Shown piece after piece: positions 27,604-37,274 of a DNA stretch of 64,000 nucleotides. The stretch covers positions 73,438 through 137,437 of the forward strand of contig JADHSM010000007.1 in assembly GCA_016776905.1 (NCBI GenBank), given 5' to 3'. The notes beneath the pieces were generated by a model, which had not been told where the DNA came from, did not search any database, and saw nothing but the letters and a program-made list of their open reading frames with translations. Position 1 is the stretch's first letter, and the number at the start of each line of letters is the position of its first letter. This stretch comes from Planctomycetota bacterium (GTDB lineage: Bacteria > Planctomycetota > UBA8108 > UBA1146). Both the position numbers and the translations under genes were made by a program.

Positions 27604-29388
27604 ATGGTTCCCATGTGGTCGAAAATTTTAGCAGCTGAATGCCTCTCACGGACCTCCCTATCCAAGGGAGGGTCACTAGAGAAATCAATTTCGGCTCTTA
27701 TCTGCGTTTTGACAACGACCGCCCTCTTTTCAGGATGTGGCGGAAATCAGCAATTTGAAACGGTCCTCTCCGACGAAACCGTCTCAGCGGGCATAGATTT
27801 TTGGCATGACAATGGAATGTCCGGAGAACTGTATTTCGCTGAAACAGTGGGTCCAGGCGTCGCCCTTTTCGATTGGGACAGTGATGGCGATATGGATGTT
27901 GCTTTCAGTCAGGGCTATCTACTCAAAAGTTCCAAGTCACCAGAGCCGACACGGCTGCTGACTCCCCCGTCAGGATTTGAATCAGGTTTTCGACTGTATC
28001 GAAATGACAGTCTGACCTCTGGGGCTCCAAAGTTCACAGATATCACATCTCAGACAGGAATTCAGTCGCGTGTATATGGCATGGGTTTGGCGATCACAGA
28101 TTTCAATCGCGATGGTCAGCCGGATGTCCTCATCACCGGATTAGGTGAAGATGAATTTTGGGTATCGACCGACTCTGGTCAGTATTCCAATCGGGCGCCA
28201 GAGTTAGGGATCAATGATGATCGTTGGACAACAAGCGCGATCTTCGCAGATCTGGACCGGGACGGAGATGAAGATTTATATGTTTGCGCGTACGTAGATT
28301 TCTCTCTCGATAATCATAAGCCCTGTTTTGGACCCAACAGTGTTGTCGACTATTGCGGGCCCAGTTCTTTTCCGTCACTCCCCGACCGTCTTTATGAAAA
28401 CATGGGATCTCATGCGTTGAGAGATATCACTTCTGAAAGTGGAATCGGAGCCGTTCCTGGAGCCGGGTTGGGTGTCGTGTGTTCTGATCTCGATCAAGAT
28501 GGTTCAATGGATCTGTACGTGGCGAATGACGGAGAAGCGAATCGTCAATGGCGTCAGGACTCACGACTCCATTTCGTAGATACCGCTCTGCTGAGTGGTT
28601 GCGCGCTGAATCGTGACGGGCGTCCGGAAGCCTCTATGGGAGCGGATTTGGGAGATTTCGACGGTGACGGGGATGAAGATATCTTCCTGACGCATCTCGA
28701 CGGTGAAACGAACACCCTGTACGAAAATCTCGGATCAGGTCAGTTTGACGACATTAGCGTCACCAGCGGATTAGGTATCCCGAGTAGGAAGTGGACAGGA
28801 TTTGGCACGGCATGGTTTGACGTGGATAACGACGGTTGGTTGGATCTGTACGTGACCAATGGCGCAGTCAAGCGTCAGCTCAGTCTCGTTGCACAAGGGA
28901 TTCCACATCCTCTGGGCCAGCCTGATCAAATCTATCGCAATGTCAAAGGACAGAAGTTCGAAATGATCCCTTATCAGCAATTACCTGCACTCCAAAAAAT
29001 GACTGTGGGAAGAGGCGCGGCTCTCGGCGACATCGACAATGACGGAGACGTCGATATCGTCACTACTGGCAATGGTGAATCGGCACGAGTTCTTGTCAAT
29101 CACCAAGGATCAAAGAACGCTTGGTTTGGAGTGAAATTTGAAGATTCAAAAGGAGTCACTCTCGATGGCGTAGATTTTAAAGTCGTTTTTGAAAATGGTG
29201 AAACACTGCACCGAAGATCTCGTCGAGGAGGATCTTATTTGAGCAGTCACGATCCGCGAGTCGTCGTCGGATTAGGGCAACGATCCGAACCCTTCATCGT
29301 GGTTGTCGAATGGCCTCATGGGAATGTTGAAAAAATTGGCCCGCTGACAACGGGGAAATATCACACCCTGAAAGAGAAGACCCCTTGA
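27604..29388 (+). CDS. CRTAC1-family lipoprotein: an FG-GAP/VCBS beta-propeller repeat region plus a C-terminal ASPIC/UnbV domain.
   Basis: At least seven 'DxDxDGDxDL/V' FG-GAP Ca-binding repeats ('DWDSDGDMDV', 'DLDRDGDEDLYV', 'DIDNDGDVDIV', and others). C-terminal 'GGSYLSSHDPRVVVGLG' UnbV_ASPIC signature. Lipobox 'LFSGCGG'. Confidence 0.85.
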   Translation: MVPMWSKILAAECLSRTSLSKGGSLEKSISALICVLTTTALFSGCGGNQQFETVLSDETVSAGIDFWHDNGMSGELYFAETVGPGVALFDWDSDGDMDVAFSQGYLLKSSKSPEPTRLLTPPSGFESGFRLYRNDSLTSGAPKFTDITSQTGIQSRVYGMGLAITDFNRDGQPDVLITGLGEDEFWVSTDSGQYSNRAPELGINDDRWTTSAIFADLDRDGDEDLYVCAYVDFSLDNHKPCFGPNSVVDYCGPSSFPSLPDRLYENMGSHALRDITSESGIGAVPGAGLGVVCSDLDQDGSMDLYVANDGEANRQWRQDSRLHFVDTALLSGCALNRDGRPEASMGADLGDFDGDGDEDIFLTHLDGETNTLYENLGSGQFDDISVTSGLGIPSRKWTGFGTAWFDVDNDGWLDLYVTNGAVKRQLSLVAQGIPHPLGQPDQIYRNVKGQKFEMIPYQQLPALQKMTVGRGAALGDIDNDGDVDIVTTGNGESARVLVNHQGSKNAWFGVKFEDSKGVTLDGVDFKVVFENGETLHRRSRRGGSYLSSHDPRVVVGLGQRSEPFIVVVEWPHGNVEKIGPLTTGKYHTLKEKTP

Positions 29389-31049
29389 GTAAAAGTCTTG
29401 GTTCCAAAATGGGGTTGTCCGCGGTCAGTCATGCCCAGCGTTTACGATTTTTTGGATATTATTCGATTTTATGTCTCGTATGCGTCATTGGCTGTGAAGG
29501 AGATCGCTCTTTATCCGTGGATCCTCCACAGATCCCCTTAGAGGCTTTCGAAGGAAGTGTTCGCCAACATCTGGAAGAAATTGTTCTTCTGCTGGAAGAG
29601 AATGAAAGCGCGAGTTCCTCTGAAGAGACATCGAGAAAACACGCTCAAGCAGCTATGGTTTACCATGCTTATGATTTAAGAGAATCGGCGATTTATCACT
29701 ACCGTAGGTCACTTGAACAGCAGAGTGATCACCGATTGAGTTACCTCTTAGCAAAAGTTCTCATGCTTGAATTTCTTCATGAAGAAGCCTTTGAGGTGAT
29801 TGAACCCTTCTCGTCATTGTCTCCCCCTCACATTGTTACACTTCTCTGCCTCTCGGAAATCGAGAATACACTCCAGCGAGATGAGAAAAGCGCGCAGGCA
29901 CTGGCGACGATCTTGAGCCTGAAACCTGATAGTGTTCCGGCCCTTTTCCAAAAAGGCCGACTTTTACACAAAAATGGGGAAGCGCAGGAGGCCTGTGACG
30001 TGATGCGCAGAGCTTTGCAACTGTCTCCAGGTGCGTCTGCGATCCGCTATCCTTATGCATTAGCGCTCAAAGAGATTGGGGATATTGAGGAAGCGGCTCG
30101 ACAAATGAAGCTCAGAGGTTCTGCGATGCCCAGACCGAGTGATCCTTGGCTACAAGAGGTCATGGCGCTAAGACGTGGTGGACGTGTGCACCTGAATGAA
30201 GGAACACTTCTTTTTGAAGAGAATCTCTACGAACGAGCTGAAGCGTCTTTTTTAAAAGCACTGGAGTTTGATCCTGAATCTGCTTCTGTGCATTTAAATT
30301 TAGGTTCGACATTATTGAAACTGGGTCGCCCAGATGAAGCACGTGAATCGTTCATAGAGTCGATCCGACTCGATCCGTCACAACCCTTAGCGTGGTTTGA
30401 TCTAGGTGTTCTGGAAGCCTCAACAGGTCATGAAACGCTCGCCATTGAATGCTATGACAGGGCGCTTGATCTGGATCCTGATCAACCCGAATCGCGATTC
30501 AATCGCGGGAACGCCCTGCGGAGACAAAAGAAGTATCAGCGAGCAGTGCAAGATTTTGAAAGAGTGTGTGCACTTCGACCGGGGAACACCTCAGCGTGGT
30601 TGGCTGAAGCGGTGTGTCATATCCGATTGGGGAATCATGAACACGCTCTCAAGAGATGTCGTCTTGGGTTATTGGCAACAGACAACAATGCACGGCTTGT
30701 CAGTATGGAAGCTCGCCTGCTTGGAACTCTCAGTACGGCTTCTCCAGATGAATTGAGGGGTGTTCTTGAAAGACTTCAGAAGGTCTTAGCAGATAGCCGT
30801 AATCTTGAATTTGTTGAATCGCGTGCGATGGTGTTGGCCGCACTGAATCGTTATCCCGAAGCACAACAACTTCAGCGAGACATGATTGACGCCGCTCGTC
30901 AGGCAGGCGAAGAGAAGATTGCACGACGGTTACTGAAGAATCTTGAGAATTACTCTCGGGGAGAACCGGCGGTCGATCCTTGGCCAGAGTCTGATTCTTC
31001 GGTAGACGCTTCACCGACGGGTTCAGCAGCGGGTTCAGTACCGCGCTGA
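29385..31049 (+). CDS. TPR-repeat lipoprotein.
   Basis: Lipobox 'VIGCEG'. Multiple 34-aa TPR-like repeats with W-LG-Y / A-F-A-P patterns. TTGA overlap with the upstream gene. Confidence 0.75.
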   Translation: MSKSLGSKMGLSAVSHAQRLRFFGYYSILCLVCVIGCEGDRSLSVDPPQIPLEAFEGSVRQHLEEIVLLLEENESASSSEETSRKHAQAAMVYHAYDLRESAIYHYRRSLEQQSDHRLSYLLAKVLMLEFLHEEAFEVIEPFSSLSPPHIVTLLCLSEIENTLQRDEKSAQALATILSLKPDSVPALFQKGRLLHKNGEAQEACDVMRRALQLSPGASAIRYPYALALKEIGDIEEAARQMKLRGSAMPRPSDPWLQEVMALRRGGRVHLNEGTLLFEENLYERAEASFLKALEFDPESASVHLNLGSTLLKLGRPDEARESFIESIRLDPSQPLAWFDLGVLEASTGHETLAIECYDRALDLDPDQPESRFNRGNALRRQKKYQRAVQDFERVCALRPGNTSAWLAEAVCHIRLGNHEHALKRCRLGLLATDNNARLVSMEARLLGTLSTASPDELRGVLERLQKVLADSRNLEFVESRAMVLAALNRYPEAQQLQRDMIDAARQAGEEKIARRLLKNLENYSRGEPAVDPWPESDSSVDASPTGSAAGSVPR

Positions 31050-32581
31050 GCAGAAGCAGAGGTCTTAACCTGAACTTCGGCCCTCGCTTTGATCTCTTCT
31101 GGTTTCCCATTGCCAAGATCACTGACGGATTCAGCATCCGTGAGAATCCAGTTCCCTGAATTTTGTGTAAAATTGGCCGTCACCTTTAAGGGGATCTTCA
31201 TGGCCCCCACTGCAGCGCTCGGCATCCGGATGATCAGTTGCGCAGGTTTTTCGATTCCTTCACCCAACCACTCGCTGACCCGTGCTACCCAGATTTCATT
31301 TCCAAGAGAATCGAGAATGGATTCACTGAGGAATCTTCCTGTGGATTTGTCGAAGAGGATCTTCGCGGTTTGGGCTCCTTCAGGACGGCCTTCCCAATAT
31401 GAGATATTGAGAGCGCCGACTCCTGCATACAAAGAAGGTGCTCCGGTAAGGTCGAACTCCACTTCAACACGATCCTCGGAAACCGAAACGGACCCTGCAA
31501 ATAAAGAGGGAGCCTGAATCCAAAGATCTGCTGCGAGCCTGAGGTGAATGACACGATCCAGATGATATTCCAATAGGCGTGTTAATTTAATTTCTTCTGC
31601 AGTGGCGTCAATATCGATAACTTTACTGCTCCCAGAAGGAACATTGATCATCGAGAATTGGTAAGCGATGGGGCTCGATGATTTCGGTTTTCCTAACCAG
31701 CGATTGGAATGCTGAAGTAGTTTCGAAATTTCAGATTTATAAGGGGATTGTTCAGGTGCATTCAGGAAATAACTTTGAGCGAAGATACAGGAATCGACGT
31801 CCGCCAACTTCGTCCACAATCCTCGTAGGTCATTACGAAGAACGGGGGTCTTCAATGCTTTGCGAATCGCATTTTGAGCATTTAGAGCCCCAGGGTGTAG
31901 AGGTACTGAACTGGCGTTCTTCTCTCCCAAAATAGCCTCAAATAATGGAGCCGAAGGAGGCCTAACCAAAGTTTGAAGTGCACGCAGCGTGGCGGATCGA
32001 ACGACAGGACTTTCATCTGAAAACCTTGTTACGATGAGGTCTAGTACTTGAGCGTCGGGTGTTCTGGCCAGTCCGTATACCGCAGCTTCTCGGGCGTAAA
32101 CAGTCTCGCTCTCGAGACAACTGGAAAAGAAGTCAATTCTTTCCGCAGGGAAAGCTTCGATGACGAGCATCGTGACGACTTGACGAGTTCGGCCCTCATT
32201 TTTCTCCATCAATGGCAGTAATCTGGGCAGTAATTCTTTTAACGGGTTGAGCACAATTTCAGCCAAAGTTTGTCGTATTTGTGGGGTGGAACCTGTCGTC
32301 AACGATGTGACCCACCTATCGACTAACTCTTCGTTGTCGCCCACTTGAAGAACATTCTCTGTCTCAGCTCGGCTTGCGTGAAACTCGCTCTCAGCGGCGA
32401 GAACGTGACTGTTGATCAGTAGTGCCCATAAAAAAATCATTGGTTGGAATCTCTCACGAATAAAATGTTTCGTTGGCATTGGCCAATTTACACAAGTAAG
32501 AAGACGGAGTTCTGGAGTCTCCAGCTCCGTGTGCTTTCTCCAGTCGATCAACGATGACTTCAAGACCTTGTGTATCAGCAT
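30950..32581 (-). CDS. HEAT/PBS-lyase-like repeat protein, hypothetical.
   Basis: N-terminal signal/TM segment. Repeated 'AR..AA..L' armadillo/HEAT-like helices. The 3' end overlaps the TPR gene convergently by 100 bp. Confidence 0.5.
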   Translation of the reverse strand: MLIHKVLKSSLIDWRKHTELETPELRLLTCVNWPMPTKHFIRERFQPMIFLWALLINSHVLAAESEFHASRAETENVLQVGDNEELVDRWVTSLTTGSTPQIRQTLAEIVLNPLKELLPRLLPLMEKNEGRTRQVVTMLVIEAFPAERIDFFSSCLESETVYAREAAVYGLARTPDAQVLDLIVTRFSDESPVVRSATLRALQTLVRPPSAPLFEAILGEKNASSVPLHPGALNAQNAIRKALKTPVLRNDLRGLWTKLADVDSCIFAQSYFLNAPEQSPYKSEISKLLQHSNRWLGKPKSSSPIAYQFSMINVPSGSSKVIDIDATAEEIKLTRLLEYHLDRVIHLRLAADLWIQAPSLFAGSVSVSEDRVEVEFDLTGAPSLYAGVGALNISYWEGRPEGAQTAKILFDKSTGRFLSESILDSLGNEIWVARVSEWLGEGIEKPAQLIIRMPSAAVGAMKIPLKVTANFTQNSGNWILTDAESVSDLGNGKPEEIKARAEVQVKTSASAQRGTEPAAEPVGEASTEESDSGQGSTAGSPRE

Positions 32582-34625
32582 AGCGAAGCAAGCCCCCCAA
32601 ATGCGGTGGGAAGCCTGTTCCCATAATCATCGCAAGATCGAGCATGCCAGGATCCTGAACAACGTTCTCCTCTAGGCAGCGAGCCGCTTCGTCAATCATG
32701 GGATCTACGAGAGCAGCAATGATCTGATCTGGTGTTCTCGGCTTGTTGATGAGCTGTGAAGCGTTGACAGGAATATCGTTTTTCGTATTCCAAGTCATCT
32801 GGCGGCCTTGATGGCGATAAAATCCAATTTTGGATTTTTTCCCTAACCAGTTTTTCTGAACCATGTCTGACAACAGCGAAGAAGCTTTGTAGCGGTCACC
32901 ATAGGCCGCAAAAAGTGTGTTCGATACTTCCAAGCCGACGTCTAATCCGACTTCGTCCATCAATCTGAAGGGCCCCATCGGTAGGCCGTGCTTTCTGGCC
33001 ACTTCGTCAATCAATGGCCCCGGTGTCCCCGTAAGAAGTAGGCGGGAAGCACTGAGCATGTACGGAATCAAAATCCTGTTCACGAGGAAGCCTGGAGAAT
33101 CTTTAACGATGACGGGGTACTTCCCCAGTTTCCGAGCAAGAGAGAGAGCTTTCCCTACAGTTTCGGGAGATGTCCATTCTCCTGGGATCACTTCAACAAG
33201 AGGCATTTTGGGAACTGGATTGAAAAAGTGCAGCCCCACGACCCGATCAGCCACAGGACTATTTTCTTGAATGAGAGTCACGCTTAATGCTGAGGTATTC
33301 GTCGCGAAAATCGCATCTTCAGGTAAGCGGTCTGCTATGTCTGCTAGGACAGACTTCTTGACGTCCATACGTTCGACGACGGCCTCAAGTACGCAGCCGC
33401 AATTTTTTAAACCGTGTAATTCTTTGCCATATGTCAGTGCGGAAAGGAGCGCGTCTCTTCGTTGAGCGGTGACTCGACGTTTCTTGAATCGCCGATGAAG
33501 ATCAGCACCAATAACCTTGAGGCCTGAAAGTAATGAGTCTCTTGAAATGTCCCGGAGTCTTACAGGGATACCCTTTTGTAGTGCCACTGATGCCACACCC
33601 GACCCCATAGTTCCTGCCCCCAAAACGATCAGAGATTTTCCATCATCCCAATCGCCTTTAGGCTCTTCACGGGTTCCTCTTCGGGATCTTTCCGAATCCT
33701 GGAAAATATTTACTAAATTCCGGGAGATGACACCTGTGACCAGTTGGGATATTTGACGAGCTTCAAGGACCAGAGACGATTCTAGAGAATTTGAAGCGGC
33801 GTAACTGGCCACTTCGATGGCCTTTTCCGGTGCAGGCATTTTCCCACCGGTCTTTTTTCGGACTGCTTTTAACGCTTGCTGAGAAACGAAATAACGACCG
33901 AGTGCCGTGCCATCAACAAGTCGAGATAAGAATCCTGATCGAAGTTTGGAACGTCGTGCATCCACAGATTTCAGATTATCGGAGAGCATTTTATCGATGG
34001 TTTTCAGCGCTAATGTTCGAAAACCTTCAGGTGCGATGAGAGCGTCTACCACGCCTCTTTTGAGTGCAGCCTTCGCGGGCATCCGTCCGGCAGGAAGTAT
34101 CCATTGGAGAGCGCCCCTGAGGCCGAGCAACCTCGTCATGCGAACCGTCCCCCCGAATCCAGGGATGATGCCCAGATTCACTTCGGGGAGTCCTATTCGC
34201 GTCGACGGGTCATTCACTGCGATTCGAACTGAGCAACCCAGTGCGAGTTCGAGGCCCCCTCCCAGGCAGACGCCATGGATGACGCAAAAACTGGGAACTG
34301 GAAATCCACTGAAGTTACCAAAGAGATCTTGGATCAGTCGGCATTGATCAAAGACTTCATCAGGATCACTCGCGGATTCGATGATGTCGAGGTCTGCACC
34401 TGAAATGAAGTATCCGTCTTTTGCGCTTGAGACGATGACCGCCTGAATACCATCGTGTTCGATGGCCCTTGGCAAGGTTTCCTTCAAGTCTTCTAAAACA
34501 GATTGGCTGAGGACATTCGCATTCGATTCGGCATCGATAACGATGTGAAGAAAACGTCCTTTAGGGTCTTCTGTTGGGAACGCTCCGTCCCAAACGGAAG
34601 AACGGATCAGTTTAAATTGACTCAT
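32454..34625 (-). CDS. fadJ: Fatty-acid oxidation complex alpha subunit: enoyl-CoA hydratase plus 3-hydroxyacyl-CoA dehydrogenase. FadB/FadJ-like.
   Basis: N-terminal crotonase fold and central Rossmann motif 'VLGAGTMGSGVA'. It is about 720 aa. The ATG overlaps the thiolase TGA (ATGA). Confidence 0.88.
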   Translation of the reverse strand: MSQFKLIRSSVWDGAFPTEDPKGRFLHIVIDAESNANVLSQSVLEDLKETLPRAIEHDGIQAVIVSSAKDGYFISGADLDIIESASDPDEVFDQCRLIQDLFGNFSGFPVPSFCVIHGVCLGGGLELALGCSVRIAVNDPSTRIGLPEVNLGIIPGFGGTVRMTRLLGLRGALQWILPAGRMPAKAALKRGVVDALIAPEGFRTLALKTIDKMLSDNLKSVDARRSKLRSGFLSRLVDGTALGRYFVSQQALKAVRKKTGGKMPAPEKAIEVASYAASNSLESSLVLEARQISQLVTGVISRNLVNIFQDSERSRRGTREEPKGDWDDGKSLIVLGAGTMGSGVASVALQKGIPVRLRDISRDSLLSGLKVIGADLHRRFKKRRVTAQRRDALLSALTYGKELHGLKNCGCVLEAVVERMDVKKSVLADIADRLPEDAIFATNTSALSVTLIQENSPVADRVVGLHFFNPVPKMPLVEVIPGEWTSPETVGKALSLARKLGKYPVIVKDSPGFLVNRILIPYMLSASRLLLTGTPGPLIDEVARKHGLPMGPFRLMDEVGLDVGLEVSNTLFAAYGDRYKASSLLSDMVQKNWLGKKSKIGFYRHQGRQMTWNTKNDIPVNASQLINKPRTPDQIIAALVDPMIDEAARCLEENVVQDPGMLDLAMIMGTGFPPHLGGLLRYADTQGLEVIVDRLEKAHGAGDSRTPSSYLCKLANANETFYS

Positions 34626-35908
34626 GCTGACCATCCTTCCAGAAGCACTGCGCCTCCTTGGCCCCCACCCACGCACATAGTGGCGATACCGTGACCGCCT
34701 CCAGACTCATGCAGTTGGCGAGCCAATGTCAGGACGATTCGGGTGCCTGACGCTCCAACAGGATGTCCCAATGATATGGCCCCTCCATGTGGATTTAATC
34801 GATCTTCTGGGATCGAGCCGGGAACAGCTTTGAAGCCAGCCATTTTGGAATAGCTCGGGCTTTCAAGTGCTTGCTGACACGCCAAGACTTGAGCAGCAAA
34901 GGCTTCGTTCAGTTCAACAATTGAAATATCTTTCAGTGATAATCCCGCATCGTTCAGTACCGCTGCCATGGCGTGTACGGGGCCTAAGCCCATTCTTAAG
35001 GGGTCGCACCCCATGAACCGAGCGCCGAGCATTCGAGCCAATGGCTGATAGCCCTCTGCGACGGCTCTCGATTCCCTCATCATTAGAAGCATTGCTGCTC
35101 CGTCAGTGATGCCGCATGAGTTGGCCACCGTGACGGTTCCCATTTTTTTATCGAAGTAGGGTTTCATGCGACTCATTTTGACGAAATCTGTATTTTCTCG
35201 CGGTCCGATGTCCTCGGTCAGCATTTCGTCGAGGTGTGGAGGGATAGCAAACGGAGAGATTTCTCGAGAGAAAGCACCTCGTGAAGAGACGGCTTTTCTA
35301 TGACTGTCCATGGCATATCGATCTTGATCTTCTCTTGAAATGTTCCATTCGCGCGCCAAACGTTCAGCGGTGTCACCCATCATTTCTCCGCTGAAGGGAT
35401 CTTTCAGTCCTTCGAGAAGTCCGATTCTAGGCTTGAGGTCAGACCAACGAAAAGAGGAGAATCCGGCCAATTTTTCTTTGAGCGATCGAGCCTTATTTAT
35501 CGAGGCGATTTTGAAACCCAGACTGAGAGGATAAAGAAGTGGGATACGACTCATGGACTCTGCGCCACCCGCAAGTATCGCTGTTTTTTCATTCGATTGG
35601 ATACGAAGCATCGCATCGACGACAGACTGCATACCACTGGCGCAGTTTCTGGCAACAGTATAAGCAGGGACGGGCACGGGTAGTCCGGAGTGAAGGCTGA
35701 CCACTCTTGCGGGGTTGGCCCGGTCGGGAGGTTGAGCACAGCAGCCCAAGATTAACTCGTCAATATCGTCGACCGGAAATCCTGTGACGTCGAGCAACTC
35801 TCGAGTGCAGGAAGTCGCGAGCACGTCTACCGAGGTATCTACCAGATCTTCCCCAGATCGGACAAACGGCGTCCTGCGTCCTTCGACGATTACGACGGGA
35901 TCATTCAA
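34622..35908 (-). CDS. fadA: Acetyl-CoA acyltransferase (3-ketoacyl-CoA thiolase). FadA/FadI-like.
   Basis: Thiolase active-site regions 'ARNCASGMQSV' (Cys) and C-terminal 'NPHGGAISLGHPVGASG' and 'GIATMCVGGGQG'. Confidence 0.9.
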   Translation of the reverse strand: MNDPVVIVEGRRTPFVRSGEDLVDTSVDVLATSCTRELLDVTGFPVDDIDELILGCCAQPPDRANPARVVSLHSGLPVPVPAYTVARNCASGMQSVVDAMLRIQSNEKTAILAGGAESMSRIPLLYPLSLGFKIASINKARSLKEKLAGFSSFRWSDLKPRIGLLEGLKDPFSGEMMGDTAERLAREWNISREDQDRYAMDSHRKAVSSRGAFSREISPFAIPPHLDEMLTEDIGPRENTDFVKMSRMKPYFDKKMGTVTVANSCGITDGAAMLLMMRESRAVAEGYQPLARMLGARFMGCDPLRMGLGPVHAMAAVLNDAGLSLKDISIVELNEAFAAQVLACQQALESPSYSKMAGFKAVPGSIPEDRLNPHGGAISLGHPVGASGTRIVLTLARQLHESGGGHGIATMCVGGGQGGAVLLEGWSA

Positions 35909-35924
35909 TAGGTCTACCCTTTCC

Positions 35925-37274
35925 TCAACGTATTCTTACGTATCTGCCATTGTTGTCAGCAGCAAGCTTTTGCAGGAATTCTTCTTCAGCATCGACGAAT
36001 CCTAAAGTGAAAATCCGGATTCCCCGCAGATGATTGACCGCTTTCGTTTCAGCAAGGATTCTTCTCATCAATTCTGGTGCATCGGGCGGGAGATTGTTAC
36101 CTCTCGTGCCCATATGCGTGGGTGCCCCATCTGTGATTAAGTATATCGTATCGACAGTAGGGTCACCTAAAGCCATATGTAACGCCTCGTCGGTGACTGT
36201 TATTCCTGTGGCATTCAAGGATTCAATGAATTTCACCGCATCACTGCGATGCTTTCGATTCGCTTCTTTGAGCACGGGGCTCCAGGGAGAGACCTCCGTA
36301 GAGTATGCGATCACGGTAAAACGTTTATTCTCACCGAGACCTTCGATCGCCTTTTTGAGTTCCGATTGAGCTCTCAAAATTCTTCTGCGCGATTCCATGA
36401 GTTTTTGAATCTTTTCTTCGACAGATTCCCCAACTCCGGTTGAGCGACTCACCTTCTTCAGTTGTTCGTCACTCGGCGGGTCCGTGGCCATCATCGAGCC
36501 AGAAATATCGATGATGAAAGCGATGTTTTTACCCGTGATATCAAGCCCGAAGAGTCCTGTTCCTGTCATCTTTTCAACAGGTGCTGAAAGATCTACTTTC
36601 GAAGGATCTAATTTATCTCTGTGAACACTGATCCATGATTTATATGCCGCTGAATCATGCAAAGAGATGCCTGTTAACCTGTGGAGACTGTCGCGGCACG
36701 TCAACCAGGCTCTATCCTTTGCCATTTTTTCCAACTCGTCTCTCCCACCCTTAGCAGCACGCTCACGGGTAGTGGAACCTTCCCATCTTTTCATGGCAGA
36801 GATGAGAGGTTCGATAACGAGTATGTCTTGAGTTCGACCCAATATTTGGGAAGCCACGATGACAACCTGTGGAGCTTTGTCATGAAGAGCCTTGAGGGAA
36901 AGCGAAACGCTGTCGGAACCTTTGGATTGAAGTGAAGCATACAAACCCAAAGTTCTGGCAGGCCAGTCAGGGTGCTTTTTCACCAACTTTTCCAACTCAT
37001 TATCAAACTTTGGACCTTGAAGAGTTCCTAATATCCGAGTGGCGTCAACGAACACTCTATGTCGATCAACGCTGTACCATGCGCTCTCTGGTGCCGCCTC
37101 TACTTTGGCGACGGCATCTGCGATTGGACGAACAGCTTTGTATGAATTTTTCTCTACGAGTTCTCGCATTCGCGAGAGAAGACCATTTGCGTCCTGATTT
37201 TTGACGCACTGATCAAGTTGCTTGTCCCCGGCAACGTTGAAAAAGAGTAGTGAAGCGACGATGAGATTTAGCAA
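35925..37274 (-). CDS. Secreted von Willebrand factor A domain protein.
   Basis: MIDAS motif 'FIIDISGSM' and a signal-like N-terminus. The TTG start overlaps the glyQS stop by 7 nt, so the true start is uncertain. Confidence 0.65.
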   Translation of the reverse strand: MLNLIVASLLFFNVAGDKQLDQCVKNQDANGLLSRMRELVEKNSYKAVRPIADAVAKVEAAPESAWYSVDRHRVFVDATRILGTLQGPKFDNELEKLVKKHPDWPARTLGLYASLQSKGSDSVSLSLKALHDKAPQVVIVASQILGRTQDILVIEPLISAMKRWEGSTTRERAAKGGRDELEKMAKDRAWLTCRDSLHRLTGISLHDSAAYKSWISVHRDKLDPSKVDLSAPVEKMTGTGLFGLDITGKNIAFIIDISGSMMATDPPSDEQLKKVSRSTGVGESVEEKIQKLMESRRRILRAQSELKKAIEGLGENKRFTVIAYSTEVSPWSPVLKEANRKHRSDAVKFIESLNATGITVTDEALHMALGDPTVDTIYLITDGAPTHMGTRGNNLPPDAPELMRRILAETKAVNHLRGIRIFTLGFVDAEEEFLQKLAADNNGRYVRIR

